A stretch of DNA of 64,000 nucleotides from Camelus ferus. Taxonomy: Eukaryota. Both the position numbers and the translations under genes were made by a program. How positions within the stretch are numbered: the stretch's first letter is position 1; each line of letters begins with the position of its first letter. Location: the NCBI RefSeq assembly GCF_009834535.1, contig NC_045697.1, positions 86,554,001 to 86,618,000 of the forward strand, given 5' to 3'. The notes under the pieces were generated by a model that searched no databases, was not told the origin of the DNA, and was given only the letters and a program-made list of their open reading frames with translations. This document shows positions 1-13,440 of this stretch, piece by piece.

Positions 1-424
1 TTATGATCTTAATTTAAAACAGTATCTATATACTTACAGAGTGATCCATATGCTCTTTATCCTTCTCACTCAGCAAAGTGCCTGATTTTCTACCCACCAG
101 TGGAATTAGAGGTCATCATTTGGGAAGTCATTCATTTATTATCTCCTTCCCCTGCCACAGCTCATCTACAACCATACCATTACTACAAATTGCATCACGA
201 CATTACAAATGAATCATATTATTGCAAATTACAACTAATGATAATATTTTCTTTGTATCTGAATAGCTTACATTCTATTTCTCATTACATTACTCATACT
301 CACTTGAATGTTTAATACATACAACCATAATCCATGCTCTTGAATACAAATTATGATAATTCCACGTTCTGGTGGAATTATGAGTGATGTCATATTAGAC
401 AGATTCTTGTTTTCACTCAGTAAC

Positions 425-1160
425 TTAATCAGCAAACATTTATGCATCAACCATGTTCTTAAGTACTATTTTAGGCATAGGGGATCTACTAGTGGACAAA
501 GTTCCTACCTTCATAAAGCTTACATTTTAATGGGACAGACAGACCATAACTAATTTACTGAGTAAGTATGTAAGATACTTTGAAGTCGAGAGAAGTTCTG
601 AGAGGAAAAAAAAAAAAAGCAGGGAGGATATAGAGAATGATAGCATGTGAGGATAGCTATTTTAGAAAGAGTGGTCAGGGAAACCTTTTCTGAAGTGAAA
701 GAGCTAGGCTAAAATCTGGGGGAAGAGAGTTCTGGGCATAGTAGGCTATTGAAGTGTGCAAAGTTCTTACAGTCAGGAGGAAACTTGCTTGCTTTAGGAT
801 CAGAAAGGTGGCCCACTTTGGTGGAACAGAGTGAGAAAGCAGGAAAATGTTGGAAAGAATTCATAGAGAAAAGCCACAGGTAAGATTTTTAATATGATGG
901 GTAACTTGGAGAGTTTTGAACAGATTTGATATTGATTTACTTTTTTAAAAAATAGTCCTTTTTAAAGCATCACTCTGGCTGCTGTGTGGGGAATTTACTA
1001 AGGTGGTTAAGAATGAAAGTAAGGAAACCACTAAAATAATTATCATTACCATTGTTACACACATAGTTACATTACCATTGTAAACAGGACATTCTGAGAG
1101 TACAGGCAACAGATGATGGTGGCTTTAACTAGAGTGATACACGTAAAAGTGAAAAGTCAG
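425..1160 (-). mobile_element. Ancient LINE L2 3' fragment(s)
   Basis: Begins aatcagcaaacatttatg...caaagttcctaccttcataaagcttacatt and contains atcactctggctgctgtgtgg, both typical L2 3' motifs; boundaries approximate. Confidence 0.7.
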
Positions 1161-2113
1161 AAGCAGGATAATTTTTATTTTTTCTTTTTCAGTTTTATTA
1201 GGGAGAATTACTAGAGTTTGACTGCACATATACATTATATTGCAAATAAATATAATATACTGCACATTTTTTTAGTTTACATATATATACTGATCATTAT
1301 TTCTAAGAACAGGTTAGAGCTTTAGCTTTTTAAAGTTACATTATTACCAAAGGATAATTTTTATTATCACAGAAGCAATACATATGCATTGGAAAAATAA
1401 TCAGAAAATATATACAAGCAAAAAATAAAAACATCACATTCCACCCAGAAATCATCACCGTGAACACTTTAGAGCATATACTTTCAGATACTTTTCTATG
1501 CGCCTAAATACATGTGTACTTTTTACCAAATTATTATTCATATTGTTTTGTAACCTTTTCCAATCAACAACCTCCACCTTTCCATTTTGCTAATTATCTC
1601 CTCTAGCGTTCTCATCCACAACTGACCTGAAATTATCTTTACAACTGGTTTGTCCAAACCAGTATATTCAATTTAAGTCACAGATTAAATATGGTTATAT
1701 TCCTTGCTCTTTTAAAATTTAGTACAGTTCTTTTTTTAATGACCTCACTTGCTGAAGAGACTTGGTCAGTTGTCCTACAGAATGTCCTACCTTCTGTCCT
1801 ACCTTTCAGTTGCTTGCTTGTGGTTTCATTTATCTTGTTCTCCTAGTCCATGTGTTTCCTTTAAACTAAAATTGGCATCAGGCATATACAAACAGAGGGC
1901 TGTTTTCCCAAATGCCTGGACTGGATTCTTCAAAAAAGTCCTTGTGATGGAAAACAAACAGGCTTAGGGAATGTTTTAGATTAAAGGAAACCTCTAAAGA
2001 GGTATGCCAACTAAATACAATGCATGATTCTTGGTTGGATCCAGAATGAGAATTGTGGAAAACAGACAAGAGGATATTACTGGAATAAGTAGGAAATATA
2101 AATATGAATTGTA

Positions 2114-2319
2114 CAGTTGACCCTTCAAAAACGGGTTTGAACTGCACAGGGCCACATGCAGATTTTTTTCAGTAGTGAATACTATGGTACCACGTGAAAC
2201 GTGGTTGGTTGAATCCTGAAGAACTGTGGATATGGAGGGCCAACTATAAATTATATGTGGATTTTCAACTTTACAGAGGGTTGGCACCTCTAACCACCGT
2301 GTTGTTCGGTGGTCATCTG
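2114..2319. mobile_element. Tigger2-derived non-autonomous DNA transposon (MITE), ~206 bp
   Basis: TA|CAGTTGACCCTTCAAAAACGGGTTTGAACTGC start and GTTGTTCGGTGGTCATCTG end form degenerate Tigger2-type terminal inverted repeats. Confidence 0.8.
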
Positions 2320-2329
2320 TTTATCTGAT

Positions 2330-2490
2330 TAGTTCTCAGAATTTAATATGCATCTGAAATACCTGGAGATCTTATTAAAATGCAGATTCTAATACAGTAG
2401 ATATGGAGTGGTTAGAAGAGTGAATTTCTAACAAGCTCCCAGGTGATGCTGACACTGCTGGTCTTCAGACCTCACTTTGCAGCAGCAGCA
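2330..2490. mobile_element. MER5-type hAT-Charlie MITE
   Basis: Motifs gcatctgaaatacctggagatcttattaaaatgcagatt and ttctaacaagctcccaggtgatgctga. Confidence 0.75.
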
Positions 2491-2928
2491 GGGGTATAAA
2501 ATAGCTAAAAATGCTTAAAAATCAGGGATCTGCCTTTGATTTCTAGACTTCTAATCAATGGTTTACTTAGCCTCTCTTCTGCTTCACTTGAAGAGTCTAG
2601 ATGAAATAACTAGTTTACAAAGTTACTGTGATAATTGTATAAAATTTCATGGAGGCATTTTGTAAATCATTAATCAGTGCAGAAGCATTCATTGTAAGTA
2701 TTATTAGCAAGTTGCTACTTTCTTTCGTTCTGCCCATCCTTGTGCAGCATCATTTCCCAGAGTGTACCTTGATTAGCTTCTCTTAACGTTAACCAGGTGC
2801 TGAATTGTTGTTTTCTTCCTTATCTGAGTCACTTCAGCTGTAGAGAGTAGCCACCTGCTGCCTTCCCACCCACCATTCAAGATGTTCATGAGACACTTGA
2901 GAATAAGTGGTTTTTGGTTTTCTTGCAG

Positions 2929-3180
2929 TGCTTGATGCAGCTCATCATCGACACTGGCCTGGAGTATTGAAAGTGGTGTCAGGATGCCACATATCCTTAT
3001 TTCAGATTCCGTTACCAGAAGATGGAATGCAGTTTGGAGGATCAATGAGCTTACATGGAAATCATATGACACTAGCTTGTTTTCATGGTCCAAATTTCCG
3101 TTCAAAATCCTGGGCCCTTTTTCACTTAGAAGAACCAAATATTGCTTTTTGGACTGAAGCTCAGAAAATCTGGGAAGATG
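2929..3180 (+). CDS. BLTP1: BLTP1/KIAA1109 internal coding exon (VLDAAHHRHWPGVLKVVSGCHISLFQIPLPEDG...EAQKIWED), 252 bp
   Basis: Acceptor ttttcttgcAG (2927-2928) and donor GTaaac at 3181; phase 1 to 1. The peptide is recognisable as the KIAA1109 C-terminal region and joins in frame with the following exons. Confidence 0.95.
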
Positions 3181-3862
3181 GTAAACTGACACACATTCAA
3201 CTTTCACTTTTTCCCACCTTCTCATATGATTATCTTTGACAAAGTAATTTTCCTTTCTCATATTTTTTATCTGTTTTTCTTATATTTCTGAAGTTCATCT
3301 CTACTTAACACATAGCTGATGTGTGAAGGAGTTTACTGCCAATGAGTCTATAAAGTCTGGGGCATGATGAAGAACTTATTTCTGTACTTGCCATGTTACT
3401 ATGTTTCTTACTCAGGCAATTAAAGTTTTTGCTGCTGTGGCCGACCATAGCCATAATAGTAGTTATTGTAAATATTTCTTATAAAAACAAGAAGAGAAGA
3501 CCCAGAGTGGTAGTATTAGGAAATTACTTGCCAGTCTGAACTATTTTCAGACCTTCTATGCACAAGGGCATGCTTTTTGCCTCTATTCATAGTTTCTTGT
3601 AGCATTAATTTTCTACTCAGTGGTTTCTTAATGATGAAGGAAAAATGGTGGATGCTCTTCATCTTCTGGGGATAAATCCATTTATAACTAAGAAAAAGTA
3701 TCTGTGATTTTTCTCACTTATTTTTACTCCTCAGTTTTACAGCCTTCCCTATCTAAGTATGACTTACTTAGCTAAATCTGTTGCTGTTAAGGCACAACTC
3801 TCTTCTTGCATCTATCTATCTATATAGTTTGTTTACTTAAGAAACTTGTTTTTCCCCTCTAG

Positions 3863-4066
3863 GCTCCAGTGATCATTCTACATACATTGTACAAACACTG
3901 GATTTTCATCTGGGCCATAATACTATGGTTACCAAACCGTGTGGTGCTTTGGAAAGTCCTATGGCAACAATAACCAAGATAACAAGGCGCCGCCATGAAA
4001 ATCCACCCCATGGAGTAGCAAGTGTGAAAGAATGGTTCAATTATGTTACAGCCACAAGGAATGAAG
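3863..4066 (+). CDS. BLTP1: BLTP1 coding exon (GSSDHSTYIVQTLDFHLGHNTMVTKPCG...EWFNYVTATRNE), 204 bp
   Basis: Acceptor tttcccctctAG (3861-3862), donor GTtaac at 4067; open frame continuous with flanking exons. Confidence 0.95.
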
Positions 4067-5348
4067 GTTAACAGTTTGATTCTTTGGAGAGCTTGATTTT
4101 GTTTTGTTCTATTTTGTGTTTAGAATTTAAGTAGAGGGAGACTTTTCATTTCTTTAAACAAGTTTCATTTTACTCCTGCTGCCATAAGTAACAGTATTAG
4201 TGCATGCTTCACCACCCTAGTAGTGCATCATCTCATAGATAAATTATTTTAGATGTAACTTAAAACTGTAATTGTAACTATATTGAATGAGTATTTTTGT
4301 AGTAATGTTCACATTGGAGGTTTGGGAAAGTTGTTACACAACTAAGTAATAGCATACCACAACCTTAAGGGTCAGGATGGCTGGAATAAAATGAAACTAA
4401 GTACTATTCTTATGAAGTCATAAATTTTAAGAAAGTGCTTTGATGAATTTTTTTTCATTCGATTAGATTCACCAGTCCTGTAGTAACTGCAGTCATGAAA
4501 ATTGTTATTCTGTGATTGTTTTTGTGTTAGAGTTTACAGTAAATCTTTTACCAGGCATTTTATCTGTATTGGAAAGCTGACTAGATTGAGACATGTTGGG
4601 AGTTGAATGTTTTACTTAAAAATGACCTCCTTTCAGAATGGAAAAGAAGGTGGCTTGGGCCCCATGTAAAATAATTGCTATGCATAGGCAACCGCAGGGA
4701 TTAGAGACTATTAAAAATGTCCTGAAAACAAAGCAGGATAAGGAAGTATATTAGAAGATTTTGCATGTACTGACTATAATACCTTCCAAATAGACACTTC
4801 AGGGAAGGGATACTATGGAGGGTTATTAGCATACTGAACTGCCACCTGTGTACCAGAAAAGTGCTGTATTTTTATAACCCTAAGGTAACTATAGCATATT
4901 ATGTTGGGGAAAATCGGGACTTCCACCTGGTTTCAAGGTCAGGATCCTATTTAATCATAAATTCTGTAATAGTATTCGATCTATGGAAAACGTTTCAGCT
5001 TAATGAAACTCTTAAATTTAGATATGAATTCAGTTGAAAATAATACTGATTTTAAAGTTCAAGATACAAAAACCAAAATGTACTGGATTTATCCAATCAT
5101 GTTATAAAGCTTTGGTATTGAGAATAGTGATACATATATAAGTGTGTCCATATTTATGTCTATGTAGGTATATAGGTATATAACTAGTCTCAAAAACCAA
5201 AGCTTTATATGGCTCTATTTGTTTAAATGTCTTTATTTTCCAATTTTTGAAATGATAAAAGTTTTGTGTATCAGTGTCATGAAAACTGTATGTTTACCAA
5301 TGCCTAATTGGTTTAATTTGATTCTTACTGTCTTTATTATGCATGTAG

Positions 5349-5543
5349 AGCTAAACCTACTTCGTAATGTTGATGCTAATAACACTGAGAGTAGCACTAT
5401 GGTGAAGAATTCTAGTTTGTTGAGTGGATTCAGAGGAGGTTCTAGCTACAATCATGAAACAGAGACTATCTTTGCACTACCAAGAATGCAGCTTGACTTC
5501 AAATCCATTCATGTTCAAGAACCACAAGAACCTTCATTACAGG
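5349..5543 (+). CDS. BLTP1: BLTP1 coding exon (ELNLLRNVDANN...FALPRMQLDFKSIHVQEPQEPSLQ), 195 bp
   Basis: Acceptor AG 5347-5348, donor GTatgt at 5544; lies within ORF 5219..5584; frame preserved. Confidence 0.95.
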
Positions 5544-5985
5544 GTATGTGGAAAAATAATCTTTATAGTTTCTTAAGTTACTAAGAAAATTCTAATGGAT
5601 CTTCAAACTGCTTTTTTTCCCCCAGAGGTTATTTTTGTAATATAATGAAATTGATTTTCTGGGTCAATTAGATTTTCTTACCTGCTGGACGCCCTGTGGC
5701 AAATACTTCAATCCATTTATGCCTCTTTTTCTTCAAACGGGACTAACAGGACTTCATTTGTCAGGTTTTTATGGGGAATAAATGGCATATATTCAGAACG
5801 TGCTTAGTAAACAATCATAATCATTCTGTAAATCACATACAGGATCTTTTTTATAGTTGTATTTAAGTGGATGCATTTACACGGACCCATGTAAATCCCT
5901 TATTAACATGGGCCCATGTAAAGGGAACAGGAAGGGACTTATTCCAATAAATCTGTGACTACAAAAGAACTTTTTTCCATTGCAG

Positions 5986-6120
5986 ATGTCAGTCTGAAGC
6001 CAAAGGTAGAATGTAGTGTGGTGACAGAGTTCACTGACCACATCTGTGTGACAATGGATGCTGAGCTCATCATGTTTCTTCATGATTTAGTGTCGGCTTA
6101 TCTTAAAGAAAAAGAAAAAG
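5986..6120 (+). CDS. BLTP1: BLTP1 coding exon (DVSLKPKVECSVVTEFTDHICVTMDAELIMFLHDLVSAYLKEKEK), 135 bp
   Basis: Acceptor ttttttccattgcAG (5984-5985), donor GTgggt at 6121; open frame. Confidence 0.95.
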
Positions 6121-8602
6121 GTGGGTAACATTCTCTTTTTTTCCTTTCAAGCTTTGGGAAAGGCAGCTCTTTAGTACCATTTGTATGGATTTTTATGGTC
6201 TAATAATAAAATGAGTAGAAAGGGTCTACTTCCTCCATAAGTTACAAATATCAATAAATAATGTTAGTAAGACTGTATGATAGACTTTCTGAGTATCTGC
6301 TAGGTACACGGCACTCTTTTTCTAACCAAGCCTCAAACTGGTGTATACTTTACAAAATGTTTCCATATATGTTATGTACATTATCAGGTCTTGTAAGATA
6401 CTCTTACAAAGTTGAAGGAAAAGAGAAAGCCTCTTTGAAGAAATATTGCTAGTCAAAGTGGAGTGACTAAAGAAACAACTGTATAGTAAAGTTAGCAAGA
6501 GTTACATACATAATTGGGAAAATGGAATTAATAAGAAATCTATTTGGAATGCACAGAACATTTTCTTTTTATAAATAAATTATTTAGACTTCAGTGGTGT
6601 TGTTTTGTTTTTATGAGCTAGCTAACATTGGTTTACTCAGTGGAAATTTAAATGTTTGCCCACTAAGAAACATATGGTGACACTAATATCCATATGGAAT
6701 TGGTTGAATATATTATGGTGTGTCCATATAATGAAATGGAATACTCTATAGCTGTTTAAAAGAATGAGGCAGTTTGAAATGTCATGATATGGAATACTCC
6801 AGAAATGCATGGTCTTTATTCACTCAATAAACATTTACTGCACAACTATATGAATATATAGTGGTAAAACAACAGATGTGATTTGTTTTTAATTGCTTGG
6901 AATAGATGTAATTTATTCAGGTCACAATATAATACTACATTTTTTTCCATGAAAAAAGAAACACAAAATTTGTCTTGCAGATATTTCAAAATAGCCTCAG
7001 GATGAATGTGTGAAGAAAACAGACAGGTTATGAAATGACCATGTTGAAAGAGTACAAAAGTAGCATACATAAATTGAATTGCTCTTCCATTACTATTCAT
7101 CTAGATGTGCCACAAATTAAGAGTGAAATCAATAATGATGGCTGGAAGAAATCTACAAGTCATTCAAGTGAAATGGTTGAAAGCATGTATTAGGAAATAT
7201 GTGGAATATACATAGATCCAGCTTTCACATAAAGCAACAACACATACCAGTCACTGTTAATCCTCTTGTTTTTCTCTCTGCCTTAATATTTAAACAATGT
7301 GGAGAAACACAGATTCTAGATAAACCTATGAAGTTCAGAATTCTTTTTCTAGTCTATCTAGATTTTAAAAGCCTGCTAAATTTCTCTCAGGTATTATGTG
7401 AAACCTTTGTCATTTTATGAAATATTGTGTTCTGCCATGAGCTGTGTGTTTCTTAAAAATATATATATTTTTATATAAATTGTTATAAAACATTTTAATG
7501 AGAAAAGAGAACTAGGGGCTTAATTATCGGACTTAAAATAATAAAATTACTATTTATGGGGATTTCAATTATAAGTAAAAATATTTTAATAGCTGTAAGT
7601 ATATTTTGTTTTTAAAAACTAAAAGCAAGTAGTTTTGGCCAAAAGAAACATAAACATGCCTCAGAAAATTCTTAATGGCGTGTAAGACTAGGCATACTCA
7701 ACATACTTCTGGAACATCAAGATAAACTGTAGCACTGTAACCACCACCAGTAATAAACAAAAGCAGAGCACCAGAGCAGGCAATAACTGAAGACATCTGT
7801 ATTCTGATGCGGTGTGATGGTACAGCTTCATTCCTAGGTTCATTCCCAATCAATACATTATCCCACTGTTAATTAACAAAGTTATAAGCAGAGCTACATA
7901 ATACACAGCATATTACATAGTTAATTATTTTATGCCCAGTTTGTGTCTTGAAAACCTGTGCTCTATAGAAATGCCATATTTATTAAAAAATGATCATATG
8001 AAAACTCTCAGAATTTGATTTTAAGTATATTTATGATCACCAATTTAAACACTTGATTTTTCATAAAACATTGAGTTCTCAATTATAAAAAGATCTTAAC
8101 AAAAACCTCGTAAGTTAAACCACTGTTCAAATATATACATAGCCATTAACATATTAAAACCATTGAGTTGTACACCTTAAATGAGTGAATTGTTATCTCA
8201 GTCAAGCTGTTAAAAAAAGTCATTTACCTACAGGCATTTTTTAGGAACCCTACAACTGTCAATTTCAGAGCTCTATGCCCACTATCAAATAAATCTCAAT
8301 ATTCTTTACCATTAAATTTAGGCACACAAATATATGTAAAATATGTGCTATTATTCAAAAATAAATGATGGTATGTTATTTCTAATTCTTGTAAGAGAAT
8401 AAAATAACTTTGATATTGTCGTCCTCCAAGAAATACCAATAATTGGCACTTTTTTATGGTTTATTTTAAAATATTAGTTTTTAAGAAATGTAATTAAATG
8501 AATAAATAAAATAAATGGAGCCAATTACTTTATTCATATTAGTGATTTAAAATAAATTTATAAGATACATGTCTGCAATATTAATTTATCATTTCATTAT
8601 AG

Positions 8603-8768
8603 CCATTTTTCCACCTCGGATTTTATCTACTCGACCAGGACAGAAAAGTCCAATTATTACACATGATGAAAATTCCTCTGACAAAGACAGAGAAGATAGC
8701 ATCACTTACACTACTGTGGACTGGAGAGATTTTATGTGCAACACATGGCATCTAGAACCCACTCTTAG
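8603..8768 (+). CDS. BLTP1: BLTP1 penultimate coding exon (AIFPPRILSTRPGQKSP...DWRDFMCNTWHLEPTLR), 166 bp
   Basis: Acceptor AG 8601-8602, donor GTaagt at 8769; lies within ORF 8569..8772. Confidence 0.95.
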
Positions 8769-10029
8769 GTAAGTAGTGGGTGTATATATTTACCTATTTC
8801 CTGTGGGATTATTATGAGAAAAAGGTTATAAATAATGCAGCAGGTTAAATACAGTTTACCAAAGAATATTTTTATAAATTAGTCACTTACAACCTCTACA
8901 GCTTCTGACTGATATTTTTGCTGCTCCTTTCTGCTTTTGTAAGTGCTTCTAGGCAAGGCAAAAGGAGGACAAACACTGTGAATAGCTCAGTGCTGATTAG
9001 CTGTCCATTGTGTGACATTCTCTCGATCAGTAAAATACGAGAATAACTCTGCTTTCACAGTTGCTATTATTTTTTTCACCATCTCACCAGGATGTTATTT
9101 TCAGGTGTTTGAGGTAGCTACAGTAAATTGTTTTATTACTTAAGTTTGGGAAGATGCAGAAGTTATACATCATCATTAAGGAAACGTTAACAATTTCTCA
9201 CATATGTCATGACAGTGTAATAGGACCTACAGTGTCACAGTGTCTTTCTGTCTGCAAACTAAGTAATATAAAATCATCCTGAAATGTCAAATGTAATGAT
9301 GTCAGATTCAGGGTCTTTTACTGCATTATGTTCTACTACAACCATGATCCCAACTTGTTTTCATATCAAAATTTCAAAAGTATATTTTTAATTTTAATTA
9401 TATTAAATTTCTGCTATAACTAGTAGTACTTGCTTTGTGTGTCCTTTGTTTGTGATTTAACACAACTTTCCTATTTTTTCCCCTTTCCTCTTAACTGCTT
9501 TGTTAATCAAATTCTAACTGTCTAAAATCATGGAATAATGGTATCAAAAAAAAAAAAAAAAAAAAAAAAAACTCCATCACAGTCCCACACAGTATTCTGC
9601 AGAATGATACATATTTCATTTAGGTAAGGTTATTATTCAGACATATTTATGCCACAAAATCATTCTAAACTATTAAGATCTCCATTATTCAGTGTACTCC
9701 TTGTACAAGCAGAAAGTAGTGACTTTGTGTTAGTAATTTGTATTTAATAAAACTTGTTGTAATCAAATCAATAAAACACTTTGGTATTAATTAATGCTAC
9801 ATGTACTCATGAGAAATATTAACAGCATTAATACTTAGGAACAATATTAAAATATTGCAAAGGTCCTAATGCAGAAAATTGTTTAGTATTTGTAAATCTA
9901 AAGAAATATAATGAAATTGACTAAGTATATTTTAATTTAAAATGAAAATAAAAATAGTTGTTTGCCACAAATACACTTACTTTTTTAGCAAATACCAAGA
10001 GACTAGTTAACTGATAAAATATTGTGGTG

Positions 10030-10795
10030 AAGAATGTGATTAAGAGCTGTGGCTCTAAGCCCAACTTCATAGCATAGTAGCTGAGTGACCTTGGCTAAAG
10101 GACCTAACTGTTCTTTCTGCCTCAGTTGCCTCATATGAAGAATTTGGAAAACGGTATTACCTATCTTCTAGGGTTGTTACAGTGGTTACATGAGTTAATT
10201 AATGCAAAATGCTTATCTTATAACTGTTAGAGTTTTAGCAGACCAATGCTTAATACCCTCCTTTTCCCTACCTAAGTTCAGGACCAACTGAAATATCAAA
10301 AGAGAGGCATCTAGGAATCAGAAGGACAGCTTTAATACTGCTAAAGCTGATAACAGGGAATGTGGTTTGGTGTCAGGCAACAATGTCTTTCTACTGCAAA
10401 GTCCAAGTTTGAACTTACCTACAGGGTCTCAGTGATGCAGAACTCAAGGGCGGGGTGTGGAGGGTGCTAGAGTTGTATAGTCAGAGGCCCTGTGTAATCA
10501 CCTAGCCACAGGCAGCAATGAACACTCTTGGGCTATTTAGGGACCTGTCCTTGAAAAACCTATGGCATGGAGGAAAGCTTCAAAATGAGTGGTTCCTAAG
10601 AGTAGGTAAGAAGGAGAATACTGAACTATCTATTCAGTTCCTCTGTCAATTTTTCAATCAGATAAATACAGGGCAGAGAATGACCAGGAATGTTTCACTA
10701 ATGCTGTTCCTCTATATGGAAGGACACTGAAGGAAGAACCATTTTCTCCCTATTCTTTCTAACATGTTTAGCACATAGTAAACTCTAAGTAAATT
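10030..10795 (+). mobile_element. MIR SINE interrupted by a probable solo LTR (10225-10764)
   Basis: MIR core (gctgagtgaccttggc...tgcctcagttgcctcat) runs to 10224 and the MIR tail (agcacatagtaaactct) resumes after 10764. The insert begins TGTTAGAG and ends TTCTAACA. Confidence 0.6.
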
Positions 10796-10799
10796 TTAG

Positions 10800-10920
10800 C
10801 CTTTTTTCCCCAGCTTTATTGAGGTATAATTGGTAAAACAGATATTTTAAGTATACAACATCATGATTTGATACACAAATACATTGTGAAAGGATTCCTC
10901 CCATCGAGTTAATTAACATC
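10800..10920 (-). mobile_element. 5'-truncated L1 3' end (L1MA-like)
   Basis: ttttttccccagctttattgaggtataattg...tatacaacatcatgatttgatac is a typical L1 3' terminus in reverse orientation. Confidence 0.7.
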
Positions 10921-11229
10921 TTTTAGAAAGAACCAGACATCCTTGAAAGGTTTACGATAACCATGTAACTTAAGAGGCCTAAAATAAATTAATCATAATG
11001 AAATTCACTAAATTTGATTGCTGTGTAGGCTTAAAGGCACTTACAACCACATACTTTTTGAGTGCTATTACACTGAATCCAAGAATAGTAGGTTAGATAA
11101 TCAGTTGCACCTAGTGAAAATATTTTGTCTTGAGCATATTATGGAGGCTTAGTGGTGTTACTGAACTTACTGTCAGGACTGTGCTAGGGCACTGTACTCT
11201 TTACTAATAATAATTTATAATTATTTTAG

Positions 11230-11446
11230 ATTAATTTCTTGGACTGGAAGAAAGATTGATCCAGTAGGTGTTGATTATATTCTTCAAAAATTGGGCTTTC
11301 ATCATGCCAGGACTACTATTCCTAAATGGCTTCAAAGAGGAGTCATGGACCCACTGGACAAGGTTCTGTCAGTCCTTATTAAAAAACTGGGTACTGCATT
11401 ACAGGATGAAAAGGAAAAGAAAGGAAAAGACAAAGAAGAACACTAA
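11230..11446 (+). CDS. BLTP1: BLTP1 terminal coding exon (LISWTGRKIDPVGVDYILQKLGFHHARTTIPKWLQRGVMDPLDK...KGKDKEEH*)
   Basis: Acceptor ttattttAG (11228-11229); phase-2 join AG|A; stop TAA 11444-11446; matches the known KIAA1109 C-terminus as I recall it. Confidence 0.96.
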
Positions 11447-11924
11447 AAAAGTAACCTGATCTGTGAACAAATTTTGATTCTGTCTGTTAAGCTTTTATTA
11501 CACTGGAGTGGTGGGGTTGTTTGTTGTTTTGTTTTTTGTATAGTAAAATTATTTTAAATATAACTTAAAAAAATTCTAATTTTGTGGCCATTGTATTAAA
11601 AGTTTATAAGTTAACCTGTTTATTCTAGTTCCACCATTCTTATATACAGTGAAGTATTGCATGATAATGTAAATTTTGTGAAAAATTAGATTAAAATACA
11701 CAAATCTGCTCAGTAGGGTTTATAATTATATAATGTGCAATATGACTCCTGCATCTTCAAAATATTTTCGAATAACTGTGAACTTCCTTTGTTATTGGCC
11801 ATAACTTTTAGAAAAAATCTTGTTGATAATGTGACTTTTTTGGTCTTTAATTGCTTTTTCTTTTTTTTAAAATGTAGACTTGTATAAATACCTATTTGTA
11901 TATAGTATGAGTAATTGTGATGTG

Positions 11925-11930
11925 AATAAA
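11925..11930 (+). terminator. BLTP1 polyadenylation signal AATAAA at the end of a ~480-nt AU-rich 3'UTR
   Basis: AATAAA with upstream TGTA motifs and a downstream GT/T-rich stretch (gtattgtttgt, gtctgtgtttg). Confidence 0.75.
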
Positions 11931-12527
11931 TACCACTAAAGTATTGTTTGTAACTACTGGTTTCAGTCTGTGTTTGAGACTTTTCTTTTATAGCTTATTT
12001 TTATAATTAATGATGCTAACCCTGTGTCGGTTTTCATAGGTATCACAGAAGATCAACAGAAGGTAATACATACTTATTAAAATTAGCTCAAGGAGGATAC
12101 AATTAGGGAGAGGAACAGCAGAGGCTTCAGAGATATTAGATATTCTATTTCTTAAGCTATTAGTGAATACACAGCTATTTGCTTTATTATACTATATTCT
12201 TTATATGTTTATATGTATTCTTTGTGCCTATGAATATGTATAATGTAGTATACATATTCAAGTATAATAAATAAAAAGATTTTTAAAAAGAATAGCAAAA
12301 TCTAAAATAATATTCAAAGGTAACTATTATACTGTTCATCACAACTCAAGTTTGAAATCTAGCCAAGTCAATACGGTTGGTTTAAAGGTTGGGTAAACAG
12401 TATAACTGAAGAACTATGAGGTAGAAAACATCTCAAGAAAGCCTCTGGTGGAGCCTCTTGCACTTAGGTAGATAAGGCATTATTATCTGGGCCAGATTAA
12501 AAACAATTCCAGAGTGAAGATACTTAG

Positions 12528-12578
12528 CGGGGGGGGGGGGGGGGTTGTGTGTGTGTGTGTGTCTCTCTACACACACAG
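12528..12578. repeat. Compound microsatellite: poly-G, (GT)n, (CT)n, (AC)n
   Basis: Directly visible. Confidence 0.9.
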
Positions 12579-13324
12579 TGTCAGTAGAGGAATTAAGAAC
12601 TGCTAAGATCACACAGCAATTTAGTAACACAACTAAAACCAAAACCCTAGTGTCTAGAGTCACTATTTTAGAATAGAATACACAATTTTTTATTCTTTCT
12701 GCTAGACAATCTTATCCATCATCTGCTTTATCACTATATCCCCCCTAGTCACCCCTACAGTTGGAAGCTATAGGTACATTATTTTTATTAGTCAAGCTTA
12801 CCAGAGAAGTATCTAAGATAGTTACTTCATGAAACAAAATAACTAAAAAAAAATTGGGGGGGGAGAATATTTACTATTTTTATTTTTGCAACCCTTTGTG
12901 TAAGTTTCAAAATTTCTCGAATGGAAAGGTGAAAAAACAAAGGCACAGGCGAAGAGGCCAGGGTTGCCAGAGCCCTACCTGTCATCTTGGCCCGCTGGAT
13001 CAGTTTTGCTTGACATTGTGAAAGGATCAGCATCTGGTTGGTAAAATAACCAAATCCTGCAGTTTTAGCCCACCCTCCCCACCCCCACCTGACTGCCTTG
13101 TACCAGCTTCATTCCCAGTGTCTGGCTTTGACTTGGGCGTCTTTCCTGTCGGCAGTGCCTTTCCTTTTTCTGTCTATCTGGATCTTGCCTAGTCTTCAGA
13201 GCCTAGTTTGAGCCCCTTTCCTCCATGAAGCCTTCCTGGACTGCTCCAGCTCATATTCCCTGACAATACCACATATGTGTCCATGTGATAGTCATTAACA
13301 CTGCTTTTAACACTTCTCATCAGT

Positions 13325-13440
13325 TGTGTCCAACTCTGTCCACGGGTGCACCTGGTAAGACTGTACTTCCTAGCCCCTGGTGTTGGGTGGGATCATGTGA
13401 CCAGTTCTGGCCAATAAATTGTTGTCTCTTCAGAGCTAAG
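13325..13440 (+). mobile_element. Truncated MLT1 (ERVL-MaLR) LTR fragment
   Basis: cttcctagcccc...gggatcatgtgaccagttctggccaat is a characteristic old MLT1 motif. Confidence 0.6.

Noticed and set aside
2836..2928. Possible upstream alternative acceptor (cacttcAG at 2836-2837) for the BLTP1 exon
   Set aside because: It would add 91 nt, shift the frame and reach a stop; nothing supports its use without RNA data.
2773..3261. 162-aa minus-strand ORF, the longest in the track
   Set aside because: Antisense shadow of the BLTP1 exon 2929-3180; no recognisable domain or independent gene signals.
9546..9571. 26-nt poly-A run in the last BLTP1 intron
   Set aside because: No retroposon body or TSD identifiable; treated as a simple mononucleotide repeat.
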